Positions 17,785-26,330 of a stretch of DNA of 32,000 nucleotides are shown in pieces (within the stretch, counting starts at the first letter, position 1; the number at the start of each line of letters is the position of its first letter). The DNA is from Pyrobaculum aerophilum str. IM2 (lineage in GTDB: Archaea > Thermoproteota > Thermoprotei > Thermoproteales > Thermoproteaceae): contig NC_003364.1 in the NCBI RefSeq assembly GCF_000007225.1, positions 1,710,001-1,742,000 on the forward strand. The letters are read 5' to 3'. Made by a program: the position numbers and the translations under genes. Under the pieces are notes generated by a model. The model was not told where the DNA came from. It worked only from the letters and a program-made list of their open reading frames with translations, and searched no databases.

Positions 17785-18114
17785 ATGGCGACGATGTCTC
17801 TAGCCTCTAGGAGAAAGGTGAGAATAAGGCTTTACGGCACAAATCCCGCCGATGTGGAGCAAGTGGCCAGGGAAATTGTGGATTTAGCCAAAAAAATGGG
17901 AGTACAAGTCAGGGGGCCCATCCCGTTGCCCACAAGGCGTTTAATTGTCACAGTGAGAAGAGCGCCTTCGGGCCAGGGATATCACACATTTGACCACTGG
18001 GAGATGAGGATATCAAAGCGACTTATAGACATAGAGGCGTCTGAGAGAGTTCTCCGCAGGCTAATGACTATAAGAGTGCCAGACACTGTAAAAATAGAAC
18101 TACAACTCATCTAA
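17785..18114 (+). CDS. rps10: 30S ribosomal protein S10 (uS10)
   Basis: [38 protein letters not shown]... is the canonical uS10 fold sequence. The likely true start is ATG 17794 (MSLASRRK...) given the TATA spacing. Confidence 0.92.
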   Translation: MATMSLASRRKVRIRLYGTNPADVEQVAREIVDLAKKMGVQVRGPIPLPTRRLIVTVRRAPSGQGYHTFDHWEMRISKRLIDIEASERVLRRLMTIRVPDTVKIELQLI

Positions 18115-18118
18115 AACC

Positions 18119-18128
18119 ATTAAATATA
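18119..18128 (+). promoter_or_regulatory. TATA-like box for surE
   Basis: attaaatata lies about 22 nt upstream of GTG 18146. Confidence 0.45.
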
Positions 18129-18145
18129 CCTCTTTCACGAGTTTT

Positions 18146-18946
18146 GTGAAGATCTTGGTCACTAATGACGACGGCGTTCACAGCCCGGGGCTGAGGCTTC
18201 TCTACCAATTCGCCTTATCTCTGGGAGACGTGGACGTAGTTGCCCCCGAGTCGCCAAAATCAGCCACAGGGCTCGGCATCACTCTCCACAAACCCCTCAG
18301 GATGTACGAAGTAGATTTATGCGGCTTTAGGGCAATTGCCACGTCGGGCACTCCCTCCGACACGGTTTACCTTGCCACCTTCGGCCTAGGGCGGAAGTAC
18401 GACATAGTCCTCTCCGGCATTAATCTTGGGGACAACACTTCACTCCAGGTTATACTGTCATCGGGCACTCTAGGCGCCGCCTTCCAAGCGGCGCTTCTGG
18501 GAATCCCCGCTTTGGCTTATTCGGCGTATTTAGAGAACTGGAACGAACTTTTAAATAATAAAGAGGCCGTTGAAATAATGGGCGCCGTGGTCTCCTCCAC
18601 AGCCAGTTACGTCTTAAAAAACGGCATGCCCCAGGGAGTTGACGTTATAAGCGTTAACTTTCCCAGAAGGCTGGGGAGAGGAGTTAGGGCGAAGTTGGTC
18701 AAGGCGGCAAAACTACGCTACGCCCAGCAAGTAGTGGAGCGGGTGGATCCCCGGGGGGTGAGGTACTATTGGCTATACGGCAGGGACCTCGCCCCAGAGC
18801 CCGAAACAGACGTATATGTGGTGTTAAAAGAGGGCGGTATCGCCATCACCCCCCTGACTTTAAACCTCAACGCGGTGGATGCCCACAGGGAAGTGGACAT
18901 GGATTCCCTAAACCGCATGGTGGAGTACATTAACGCGTCGCTATGA
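18146..18946 (+). CDS. surE: 5'/3'-nucleotidase SurE
   Basis: [16 protein letters not shown]-terminus and the SGINLGDN motif. Confidence 0.9.
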
Positions 18947-19767
18947 CTTCTCTAGTCAACTACGCCATTATCATAGCCCTGGCAATAATTCTAGCAACCG
19001 GCTTATCGCTAGTCTACGTCATCTACAGCCACTCCGCCACGACACAAACAGCGACTGCGCCGCCCATTATCCCCACTCCCACCTCCACGCCAACTCCCAC
19101 AAACGCCACTTCAAAGCCCGCTGCCACAACTACCCAGCCCCAAGCATCGTCGCGTGTAATATACGCGGCTGTGTATATCGCTACTCCAGAGGTATTACAA
19201 TGCGCCAATCTCGGCAAAAAGTACTACTATTACTTCAACATAACAGTTGAGAGAACGCGTCCCGAAGATCCAGTTACGCACTATGTGTTCAAGGCGGTGA
19301 CGGCTAACGGAACGCTCCAGCTCAACACGGCGTCTATTCTATCGCTGGAGAGAGATTACTTTAAGCAATACGACTTAAACGCCACGCGGAGACTAGGCGT
19401 TGTTAATATCTACCTCGAACTGGAGTCCGACAAGCCACTAGACATAAAGGCCGTGAACTACTTGGGGGTGAACTACACAATAAACAAATACGTTTACATA
19501 GCCTGTATTGGGAAAATCTGGCTTAGAGGAGACATCAACCTTAACCTCACGCGGCCGGGGACGCTGGGACTAGTCCCCGCTGATAGGACCTTTACGTTAG
19601 TAGTGAGGAATCTGCCAAACGGGAGGTATAAAATCACAGCCCCGCCCGACGTCGTTATCCCCAGCGAAGTAGTGATTAACAACAACACGCTATCTATACC
19701 GGTGGGGCTGATAAACAAACCTCTAGTATACAACCCCCTTATTCTTGAGCTGAAAAAAGCTCAATAG
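18943..19767 (+). CDS. membrane-anchored extracellular protein with Thr/Pro-rich stalk, function unknown
   Basis: N-terminal TM helix, a [34 protein letters not shown] linker and many N-x-S/T sequons. ATGA overlap with surE. Confidence 0.55.
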
Positions 19768-20002
19768 TCAAATGCGCCGGGGCGTAGTAGACTAAGCCGT
19801 CTTTTACTACTCTTTTAATTAAGCCCTCACGCTCAAGCACGTATAAATGCCATTGTAGCCGACCCCAGCTCAGCCCCGTCAACTTTGCCAACTGTCCATG
19901 CGTCACCAGCCCTTTATCTTCTATTATTTTTAAGAGCTGTACCCTCTTGGGATCTGAATAGGCCTTTGCGGTTTTTGCCCTCGCCATGTGTACGGCGTAC
20001 AT
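19739..20002 (-). CDS. small winged-helix transcriptional regulator (ArsR/MarR-like)
   Basis: HTH segment HGQLAKLTGLSWGRLQWHLYVLEREGLIKR. The TATA box at 20005-20016 favours the internal start ATG 19987 (MARAKTAKAY...). Confidence 0.7.
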   Translation of the reverse strand: MYAVHMARAKTAKAYSDPKRVQLLKIIEDKGLVTHGQLAKLTGLSWGRLQWHLYVLEREGLIKRVVKDGLVYYAPAHLTIELFSAQE

Positions 20003-20004
20003 CC

Positions 20005-20016
20005 AATTTAAAAAAT
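20005..20016 (-). promoter_or_regulatory. TATA-like box for the wHTH regulator
   Basis: aatttaaaaaat is centred about 23-24 nt upstream of ATG 19987. Confidence 0.5.
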
Positions 20017-20030
20017 CTTGCGTAGCGCCG

Positions 20031-20681
20031 TTAAAGACAAGAGAGAAACCGCCGGATTGCCCCTCTTATCTCCTCGCTTGTAGGCGCCTCCACGCCGAAG
20101 AGCTCCGCCTCAATCCTCGCGGCTAGCCAAAAGAGGCGGAGTTTTGCCAGAATTAGAGTTTTATTAGCCGCCTCCACTGCGACCTCTACGTCTGTAAGAA
20201 CTCTGCCGCGGCTTTTAAGCGGTATGTCCAGACGCTCCTCTCCCAAGATTTCCACGAAAATACCTCCCTTATTCATGGCGATAATACCGCTGTGTTTATG
20301 GCCGGTCTCCCTCCCCAGCTCCACTAGCCTATATGCAGTCTTTGCATCGGCGGCGGAGATGTGTAAAATCGCCCCCCTCACCATGAGCCAGGCGTTGTCC
20401 ACCCCCTCTAATACCTCTTTCACAATGTCGCTGTCAATGGGGTAATGCCACTTAGCAACAGGCCTAAACCCCCTGCCCTTGCTGTAACTAGGCCTCACCG
20501 CCTCAGCCACCATAATCCTGCCGCTACAGCTTGAGGTAGTGTAGATGTGGGGGTGCCGGTTAAGGAGCCTTAAAAGCGGCAATATGTCGCCGTCTACTCT
20601 CTCTTGCAACGCCTCCCTCTCAAGCCTCTCCACAAAGGCCCTCTTCCGCGCTTCGAAAACTCTCCTGTCTACAACGCCCAC
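20031..20681 (-). CDS. taw3: tRNA(Phe) wyosine-derivative methyltransferase Taw3/TYW3 family
   Basis: TYW3-family signature YTTSSCSGRI with the family's typical ~200 aa length. Confidence 0.78.
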   Translation of the reverse strand: MGVVDRRVFEARKRAFVERLEREALQERVDGDILPLLRLLNRHPHIYTTSSCSGRIMVAEAVRPSYSKGRGFRPVAKWHYPIDSDIVKEVLEGVDNAWLMVRGAILHISAADAKTAYRLVELGRETGHKHSGIIAMNKGGIFVEILGEERLDIPLKSRGRVLTDVEVAVEAANKTLILAKLRLFWLAARIEAELFGVEAPTSEEIRGAIRRFLSCL

Positions 20682-20699
20682 GGGGTTGGGAAAAACTGG

Positions 20700-21605
20700 T
20701 TATATTAACCCGAGCTCTTTTAAAATCTTCTCCAACTCGCGCCTGTCCTTGTCGTCAACTGGCGGCAGGGGCTCTCTCGGAGGCCCCATGTCTATGCCGT
20801 GGACGAGCTGCGTGGCTAGTTTGTATAGCGTGGGCCACTTCCCGCCCAGCTTTCCCACCAGCCCGCATCCGCCCATAAATCTCCAGAGGGGCATTAGCTT
20901 GTTGTGGAGGGCTACTGCCTCTGCGATTTTCCCCTCTTTGACGAGGAGGTATTGCTCAAGGGTGATCCTGCCTAGGAAATTGGGCCCCGCCAGAATCCCG
21001 CCGTGTGCCCCCATTACTAAAGACGGGACAAACAACATATCCAGCCCCTGGAGGACAGACAGTCTCTTGCCGAGTAGATGGATGAGATCTAGGTGGTATC
21101 TAAAATCGCCGCTACTGTCTTTAACTCCAACCACCTGGCTGTACTCGCCTGCCACCATTTCAAAAACCTCCACGGGCACGTTATAGCCAGTGGCCAGGGG
21201 GATTGTGTACAGAATCACTGGAATGTCCACTTTATCCAATACCTTTTTATAAAAGGCGTACAGGGCGGCCCAGTCGTACTGGATATAATAAGGCGGAGTG
21301 ATGAGTATGGCGTCGACGCCAACGTCTTTATATTTCCTCGCAATGTCAATTGTAGATACGTGATCCCCAGTGCCAGTACCGGCGACGACCAACGCCTTGC
21401 CGCCCGCAACCTCCTTAGCCAGTTGCATAACCCTCACCCTCTCTTCCGCCGATAGTTTAGTCACCTCTCCCGTTGAAGACGTGGGAAACACGCCGTGATA
21501 ACCGGCCTCCACAATTTTCGACAAGAGCAATCTCAAGCCCTCGTAATTAACGCCGTCTTTTGCAAACGGCATTACTGTGGCCACAATAACCCCTTCTAGT
21601 TTCAT
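20700..21605 (-). CDS. DapA/N-acetylneuraminate-lyase family class I aldolase (specific substrate not assignable)
   Basis: TSSTGE motif, ITPPYY, Schiff-base lysine context VVGVKDSSGD. Confidence 0.85.
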   Translation of the reverse strand: MKLEGVIVATVMPFAKDGVNYEGLRLLLSKIVEAGYHGVFPTSSTGEVTKLSAEERVRVMQLAKEVAGGKALVVAGTGTGDHVSTIDIARKYKDVGVDAILITPPYYIQYDWAALYAFYKKVLDKVDIPVILYTIPLATGYNVPVEVFEMVAGEYSQVVGVKDSSGDFRYHLDLIHLLGKRLSVLQGLDMLFVPSLVMGAHGGILAGPNFLGRITLEQYLLVKEGKIAEAVALHNKLMPLWRFMGGCGLVGKLGGKWPTLYKLATQLVHGIDMGPPREPLPPVDDKDRRELEKILKELGLI

Positions 21606-21624
21606 AGGTAGTGATGATGAGAGG

Positions 21625-21637
21625 TTTTTAATATTTA
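21625..21637 (-). promoter_or_regulatory. TATA-like box for the aldolase gene
   Basis: tttttaatattta is centred about 26 nt upstream of ATG 21605. Confidence 0.5.
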
Positions 21638-21841
21638 GACGCGTTTGCCATGCCGAATATCCTCCATCTCTCCATATCGCGTCAATGTCCCTCCTAGAGG
21701 GGGTTGCTGTTGGCGAACTGCTGTTCTGTATGATCCCTCAGCTCGACGCCGCTGTCGGATCGGCACAGGCCGTGCAGTTGGCAATAGACAGTATGCGCGG
21801 AATCCTCCAGCTCGGCTCAGCGCGGCCATTGGAGGGCGATG

Positions 21842-21849
21842 TATAAAAA
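21842..21849 (+). promoter_or_regulatory. TATA-like box for tldD/pmbA
   Basis: tataaaaa is centred about 24-25 nt upstream of ATG 21870. Confidence 0.55.
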
Positions 21850-21869
21850 GGCATTTAGAGATTTAACTT

Positions 21870-23243
21870 ATGGAATCTCTGTTGTACAGAGCTTTGGACT
21901 ACGGCTTATCGCAAGGCGCGTCGTATGTTGAAATCCGGTGGCAGAGAGATAGCGGGTCTGTGGCGGTTATGCGGAACAGCCACCTGGAGTACTCAGCTAG
22001 ATACGTCAACGAGGGGATAGCCGTCAGAGTTGTCGCCGGCGGCGGCCTGGGCTTTGCGGCTACTTCGAGAATAGACGCTGAGGAAGTCTTCGAGGCCGTG
22101 GAAAACGCGATTAAGCTCGCAAAGCTGGCAGGAAGGATGAGGAAGACTCCTGTCGCGCTGAGCGAAGAGGCGCTGGCCAGGTTCAGCTACCACCTGCCCG
22201 ACATAGAGCTAGAACCAGTGGAGCTGTTAAAAACTCTTGACGACTATGTCGATAAGAGCTTGTCAGTGAGGCGACTGGCGGCAAACGTCTGGAGGACTGA
22301 GAAGCGTATAGTGACAAGCGACGGCGCAGATGTATACAGCAAAGTGCCCAGAGTATACGTCTTTGCCATGTTAATTAAACACGAGCCGTCTCTTGGCAGT
22401 TTGCAGAGAGATGTATTCCTAGGCGGCACGTCTCAAGACTCCATCACGGGGGCTGAAAAAGTGTTGGAGGAGGAGTCGAAAAAACTGCACACGCTACTGG
22501 AAAAAGCCAGGGCAGTGCCGCCGGGTAGGTACGACATAGTATTTGCGCCAGAGATGACTGGAATACTCGTCCACGAGTCTATAGGGCATCCCTTTGAGCT
22601 AGACAGAATATACGGGAGGGAGGGGGCGGAGGCCGGCGAGTCTTACATAAAGCCGGGCAATTGGGGGGTTAAAATCGGCAGTGATTTAGTAAACATTACT
22701 GACAACCCGGCAATTCCCGGCACTTACGGCTTTTACCTCGTTGACGACGAGGGCGTAGTGGCGCGTCCAAAACGCCTTGTATACAGGGGCGTGGCCACTG
22801 AGTTCATCGCCAACAGGCAATACGCCGCGGTAATTGGATCTCGCAGCAACGCCGGGGCGAGGGCATCTCTTTTCGACCGAGAGCCCATACCGAGGATGTC
22901 TAATACGTATATGGAGCCCGGGGATTGGAAGCCTGATGAAATAATTAGGGATACTAGGCGCGGGATATACGTAGTATCATATACCGAGTGGAATATAAAC
23001 GACACGAGGTACTCTGGGAGGTATGGAATACTAGAGGGCTACTTGATTGAAAACGGCGAGTTGAAAAACCCAGTGAAGGGCTTTATTGAAGTGGACACGC
23101 CGGAGCTCTGGGGGAACGTAGACGCCGTAGGTAAAGACTTTCAACTATTCGTTGGCACATGCGGCAAGGGAAACCCCTCACAAGGTATCCCCGTGACTAT
23201 GGGAGGGCCAACTTTTAGAAGTAGGAATTTGAGAGTAGTATGA
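21870..23243 (+). CDS. tldD: TldD-family metalloprotease
   Basis: HExxxH motif in VHESIGHPFELD, TldD/PmbA family length and a C-terminal GxC...G region. Confidence 0.85.
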   Translation: MESLLYRALDYGLSQGASYVEIRWQRDSGSVAVMRNSHLEYSARYVNEGIAVRVVAGGGLGFAATSRIDAEEVFEAVENAIKLAKLAGRMRKTPVALSEEALARFSYHLPDIELEPVELLKTLDDYVDKSLSVRRLAANVWRTEKRIVTSDGADVYSKVPRVYVFAMLIKHEPSLGSLQRDVFLGGTSQDSITGAEKVLEEESKKLHTLLEKARAVPPGRYDIVFAPEMTGILVHESIGHPFELDRIYGREGAEAGESYIKPGNWGVKIGSDLVNITDNPAIPGTYGFYLVDDEGVVARPKRLVYRGVATEFIANRQYAAVIGSRSNAGARASLFDREPIPRMSNTYMEPGDWKPDEIIRDTRRGIYVVSYTEWNINDTRYSGRYGILEGYLIENGELKNPVKGFIEVDTPELWGNVDAVGKDFQLFVGTCGKGNPSQGIPVTMGGPTFRSRNLRVV

Positions 23244-24523
23244 TTTTTAAACTCTTGGCGGGGAGAGCCGACGAAGCCGCCGTGGTGAAGATAAAGCAGT
23301 TAAATTACATGATCAGATTCGCCAACGACGACATCACTGTGTTTAAAAATTGGCAGAGCGAAAACACTTTCATTTACCTATCAAAAGCGAGAAAAACTGC
23401 GTTTGTGGGAGTGACTGGGCCTCCCACTGTTGAAAAAATTGAAGAGGCTGTGAAAAGCCTCGCATCTCTCCCCGAGGATCCCCTCTATATACCGCTCGGC
23501 GGGCCTCAGCCGGCTAAATACCACGAGCCGCCGGAGGATTTCAGTAAATTGCCAGATTTAGTAAAAACAGCTGTTGACAGCGCTCAGGGCGTGGAGAGAA
23601 GCGCTGGCGTAGTACACCTAGCCTACGTAACAGTCACATATGAAGACACCGCGGGCAGAGAGGGGAGCTACTCTGTCAACAGGATTTACATGACTATGAG
23701 ATCTTTCTTGGGGGAGCTCTCGGCGACTAGCGCAGCCGCGGGTAGGCGAATAGGCGACATAAAGGCGGAGAGGCTGGGGGAGGAAAACTCACATATTTTA
23801 CGCCTGGCAAAGGGGCTTCCTCAGACAAGAGCAGAGCCCTCTAGGACTAGCCTATTACTCACGCCGCTGGTATTCGGCCATATTATAAGCGAAATAGCCG
23901 CCGTGTGGGCATCCGGCTCTGAGATCTTAGCAGGCAGCTCGAGATATACAAAAGACGACTTGGGGAGAGAAGTCGCCTCTCCCCTGTTAACAGTTATTGA
24001 CATTACCCACAGCCAAGAGGCGTTTGGATACACGCCCTTTGATATGGAGGGCTTAACGCCGCGTCCAGTAGATGTGTATAAAAAAGGCGTATTAGCTGGC
24101 TTTTTACACACCCGCCGCACGGCTCACGCGCTGGGGATGGAGCCAACCGGGCACGCTTTATACAACTGGACAAGGCCAACGCCGGGGCATGTATACATAG
24201 CGCCAGGAGACGGGGGGACGGACGTTGAGGATTTGTTCAGAGAGTTGAAAAACGGCGTGTATATACACAATAATTGGTATACCCGCTTTCAAAACGTAAA
24301 AACAGGCCAGTTCTCCACAGTGGGCAGAGACGTTGCTCTTGAGGTAAAGAATGGAAAGCCCGCGGCAGTAATCAAGTACATTAGAATTGCCGACACGCTA
24401 GAAAACGTGGCGAAAAACGTCGCACTGCTCTCTAAAGAGACAAAACAAGTCTACTGGTGGGACATGCCAACGCCGACCCACAGCCCCTACGCCATATTAA
24501 ACAACATCGGGATAACTACATGA
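23240..24523 (+). CDS. pmbA: PmbA/TldE-family protein (non-catalytic partner of TldD)
   Basis: Paralogous to the preceding ORF but lacks HExxxH. ATGA overlap with tldD. Confidence 0.78.
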   Translation: MIFKLLAGRADEAAVVKIKQLNYMIRFANDDITVFKNWQSENTFIYLSKARKTAFVGVTGPPTVEKIEEAVKSLASLPEDPLYIPLGGPQPAKYHEPPEDFSKLPDLVKTAVDSAQGVERSAGVVHLAYVTVTYEDTAGREGSYSVNRIYMTMRSFLGELSATSAAAGRRIGDIKAERLGEENSHILRLAKGLPQTRAEPSRTSLLLTPLVFGHIISEIAAVWASGSEILAGSSRYTKDDLGREVASPLLTVIDITHSQEAFGYTPFDMEGLTPRPVDVYKKGVLAGFLHTRRTAHALGMEPTGHALYNWTRPTPGHVYIAPGDGGTDVEDLFRELKNGVYIHNNWYTRFQNVKTGQFSTVGRDVALEVKNGKPAAVIKYIRIADTLENVAKNVALLSKETKQVYWWDMPTPTHSPYAILNNIGITT

Positions 24524-24942
24524 CCTCCCCGCGCCGGCGATTATAGACATCCGCAATGGCTTTAAAAAATTTATACTCTACACGGCGCCGCCAAGCGGCA
24601 CTAGCCGATATGCGGGCATATTGGCACCTCCACCTTCGAATAGCTCGCGGCGGTGATTATTGCAACGAGGCCGCCTCTCGTAAAAACTCCGCGAGGTGTG
24701 GGGCGGCTGCTTTAAGCTTGGCCACCGCCGAGCCCACCTCCTCATCTGGCAACACGCCATACCTCCTCAACACGTGGGCGTGAATCCCCAACACCTCCAC
24801 TACCAACGGCATAAGCCCCACGTACATCCATTTTAAAAAATCCTCCGTAGCGGCGAACAACACCAACCACACACCCCACATCGTTTAAAACACAGAACTA
24901 GCTACAACACTCGCAACAAGCCCCAATACACAAAACACCATG

Positions 24943-24963
24943 TCTACATCTCATGTAGAAAAG
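24943..24963 (-). terminator. hairpin plus short T-tract directly downstream of tRNA-Phe
   Basis: On the minus strand the tRNA 3' end is followed by CGCTTTTC and a 7-bp hairpin (tctacat/atgtaga, 3-nt loop). Confidence 0.35.
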
Positions 24964-24966
24964 CGA

Positions 24967-25041
24967 TGGTGCGGCCGCCGGGATTTGAACCCGGGACCGC
25001 CCGGTCTTCAGCCGGGCGCTCTCCCGCTGAGCTACGGCCGC
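24967..25041 (-). tRNA. tRNA-Phe (GAA), CCA encoded
   Basis: Reverse complement folds as a cloverleaf: GCGGCCG-TA-GCTC-AGCGGGA-GAGC-G-CCCGG-CTGAAGA-CCGGG-CGGTC-CCGGG-TTCAAAT-CCCGG-CGGCCGC-A-CCA. Confidence 0.92.
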
Positions 25042-25061
25042 CAATGCTAAAATTCGCCCAT

Positions 25062-25070
25062 CTTTAAAAG
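25062..25070 (-). promoter_or_regulatory. TATA-like box for tRNA-Phe
   Basis: cttttaaag (minus strand) is centred about 25 nt upstream of the tRNA 5' end. Confidence 0.55.
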
Positions 25071-25148
25071 TTTTTGTCCCCTACGCACTAAACAGAACCT
25101 AGGAGACGTCCAAGTGGAAAAATAGGCGTTGGAAAAAGGTTGGAAGTG

Positions 25149-26330
25149 TTAGTTGAGTCCTATCTCTGCCTTCAGCTCCTGTAGCGTTTTTCTCACACTG
25201 TCTAGCCGTTCTCTATACCAATTTATATATCTGGTCACGTTTGACTCTCTGAACGCGCGGGTTAACCTCTCGGGGTGCTGAAGCGCTATTTCATACCTAT
25301 ATTCCCAGTTTTTGTAATGGACGTATCTTGCCGCCTTTTCTGGGACTTCTACAATTGCATAGGTTTTGTACGGCGGTACGTCTACAAATGACTCGGCGAA
25401 GCACTTGCCTATATAACCATCAGCTTCAAACGCGCTGATATTGAGGAGACGTATTTCAAATAGGATGTTGGCCTGTAGGAACGCTCTAGCTGCGCTGGAC
25501 CGCACGCCGTACCACGCCAAGGGGATAAAGGCCTCGACGACTTGTCCAGTTGTAAACATGGTGCCATAGTCAGAGGGTAGTAGGATGACGTTGCTACAGG
25601 GATCTACCTCGTACCCCAGATACTTCAAGCTAAGCCGCTTGAAGTCCTCATCGTCTAAGACGATAATGTCTGCAACGGGTCCCTCCGCCACCGTCGCGTT
25701 TTTCCTCGTGATTAACACGGCGTATTCCAAGCGGCTTGCGAAATATACGTCGCCAATTGGCAACTCCCTCCTTAACTCCTCGACTAATTTCATAAACTCA
25801 TCAGGCGTCACAGTATCGGGATAGCTCAATATGAAATCCACCACTCCCTTTGAAGAGTTATAGGACAACTCAGCGAATTCCCTCCGCGCCTCGTCGTTTA
25901 AGAAGCCGTAGATTTTGACAACAGTGTCATTTCTCTTCGGCTTCTTGAAGTAATCCATCTCCACAGACTTGTATGCTATGTAAATCCTCTCAAAGCCGTG
26001 GGGCGTAATAGGCAACTTTAACAACACTAGAGACCCCATTTGGCGGACTCGGGACTTGTTGCCTCCGGATCTGGCCTCAGGCGTCACCGTGGGAGCGACC
26101 TCAGTAGATGGGTTGGACTCAATCGCCGGCGCTTGGCTAGAGGCGGTGGCTGAGGTTACAGAAGGCGTAATAGTTGGCTGAACCGTGGGGGCGCCCCGCG
26201 TCGTGGTCATGCCAGTAGCCGTAGTCGCCGCGTCTATGGTTGTGATCTGCGCCGGCTGGCTCCCAGCCAGCAATGCCGCAACCACTAAAGCAATGGTAAC
26301 TACCGAAGTGAGTATTAGCCACAACCTCAT
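25149..26330 (-). CDS. exported/membrane-anchored protein with Thr-rich stalk, function unknown
   Basis: N-terminal hydrophobic helix, about 80 aa of T/S/P/A-rich low-complexity linker, then a ~290 aa globular region with no motif I recognise. 4-nt overlap with the upstream 150-aa gene. Confidence 0.55.
   Translation of the reverse strand: MRLWLILTSVVTIALVVAALLAGSQPAQITTIDAATTATGMTTTRGAPTVQPTITPSVTSATASSQAPAIESNPSTEVAPTVTPEARSGGNKSRVRQMGSLVLLKLPITPHGFERIYIAYKSVEMDYFKKPKRNDTVVKIYGFLNDEARREFAELSYNSSKGVVDFILSYPDTVTPDEFMKLVEELRRELPIGDVYFASRLEYAVLITRKNATVAEGPVADIIVLDDEDFKRLSLKYLGYEVDPCSNVILLPSDYGTMFTTGQVVEAFIPLAWYGVRSSAARAFLQANILFEIRLLNISAFEADGYIGKCFAESFVDVPPYKTYAIVEVPEKAARYVHYKNWEYRYEIALQHPERLTRAFRESNVTRYINWYRERLDSVRKTLQELKAEIGLN

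Noticed and set aside
20545-21186. 213-aa plus-strand ORF spanning the taw3/aldolase junction
   Set aside because: It is antisense to two well-supported genes, has Ser/Pro/Leu-rich composition, and crosses an intergenic promoter region. A shadow ORF.
21611-21620. GTGATGATGA, a C-box-like motif suggesting a C/D box sRNA
   Set aside because: No D or D' box (CTGA) occurs within the following ~70 nt, and there is no terminal stem. The motif lies between the aldolase start codon and its TATA box.
20031-25041. Possible functional clustering of taw3 (wyosine pathway, acts on tRNA-Phe) with the tRNA-Phe gene about 4.3 kb away
   Set aside because: They are separated by three unrelated transcription units with their own promoters. 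Most likely coincidence.
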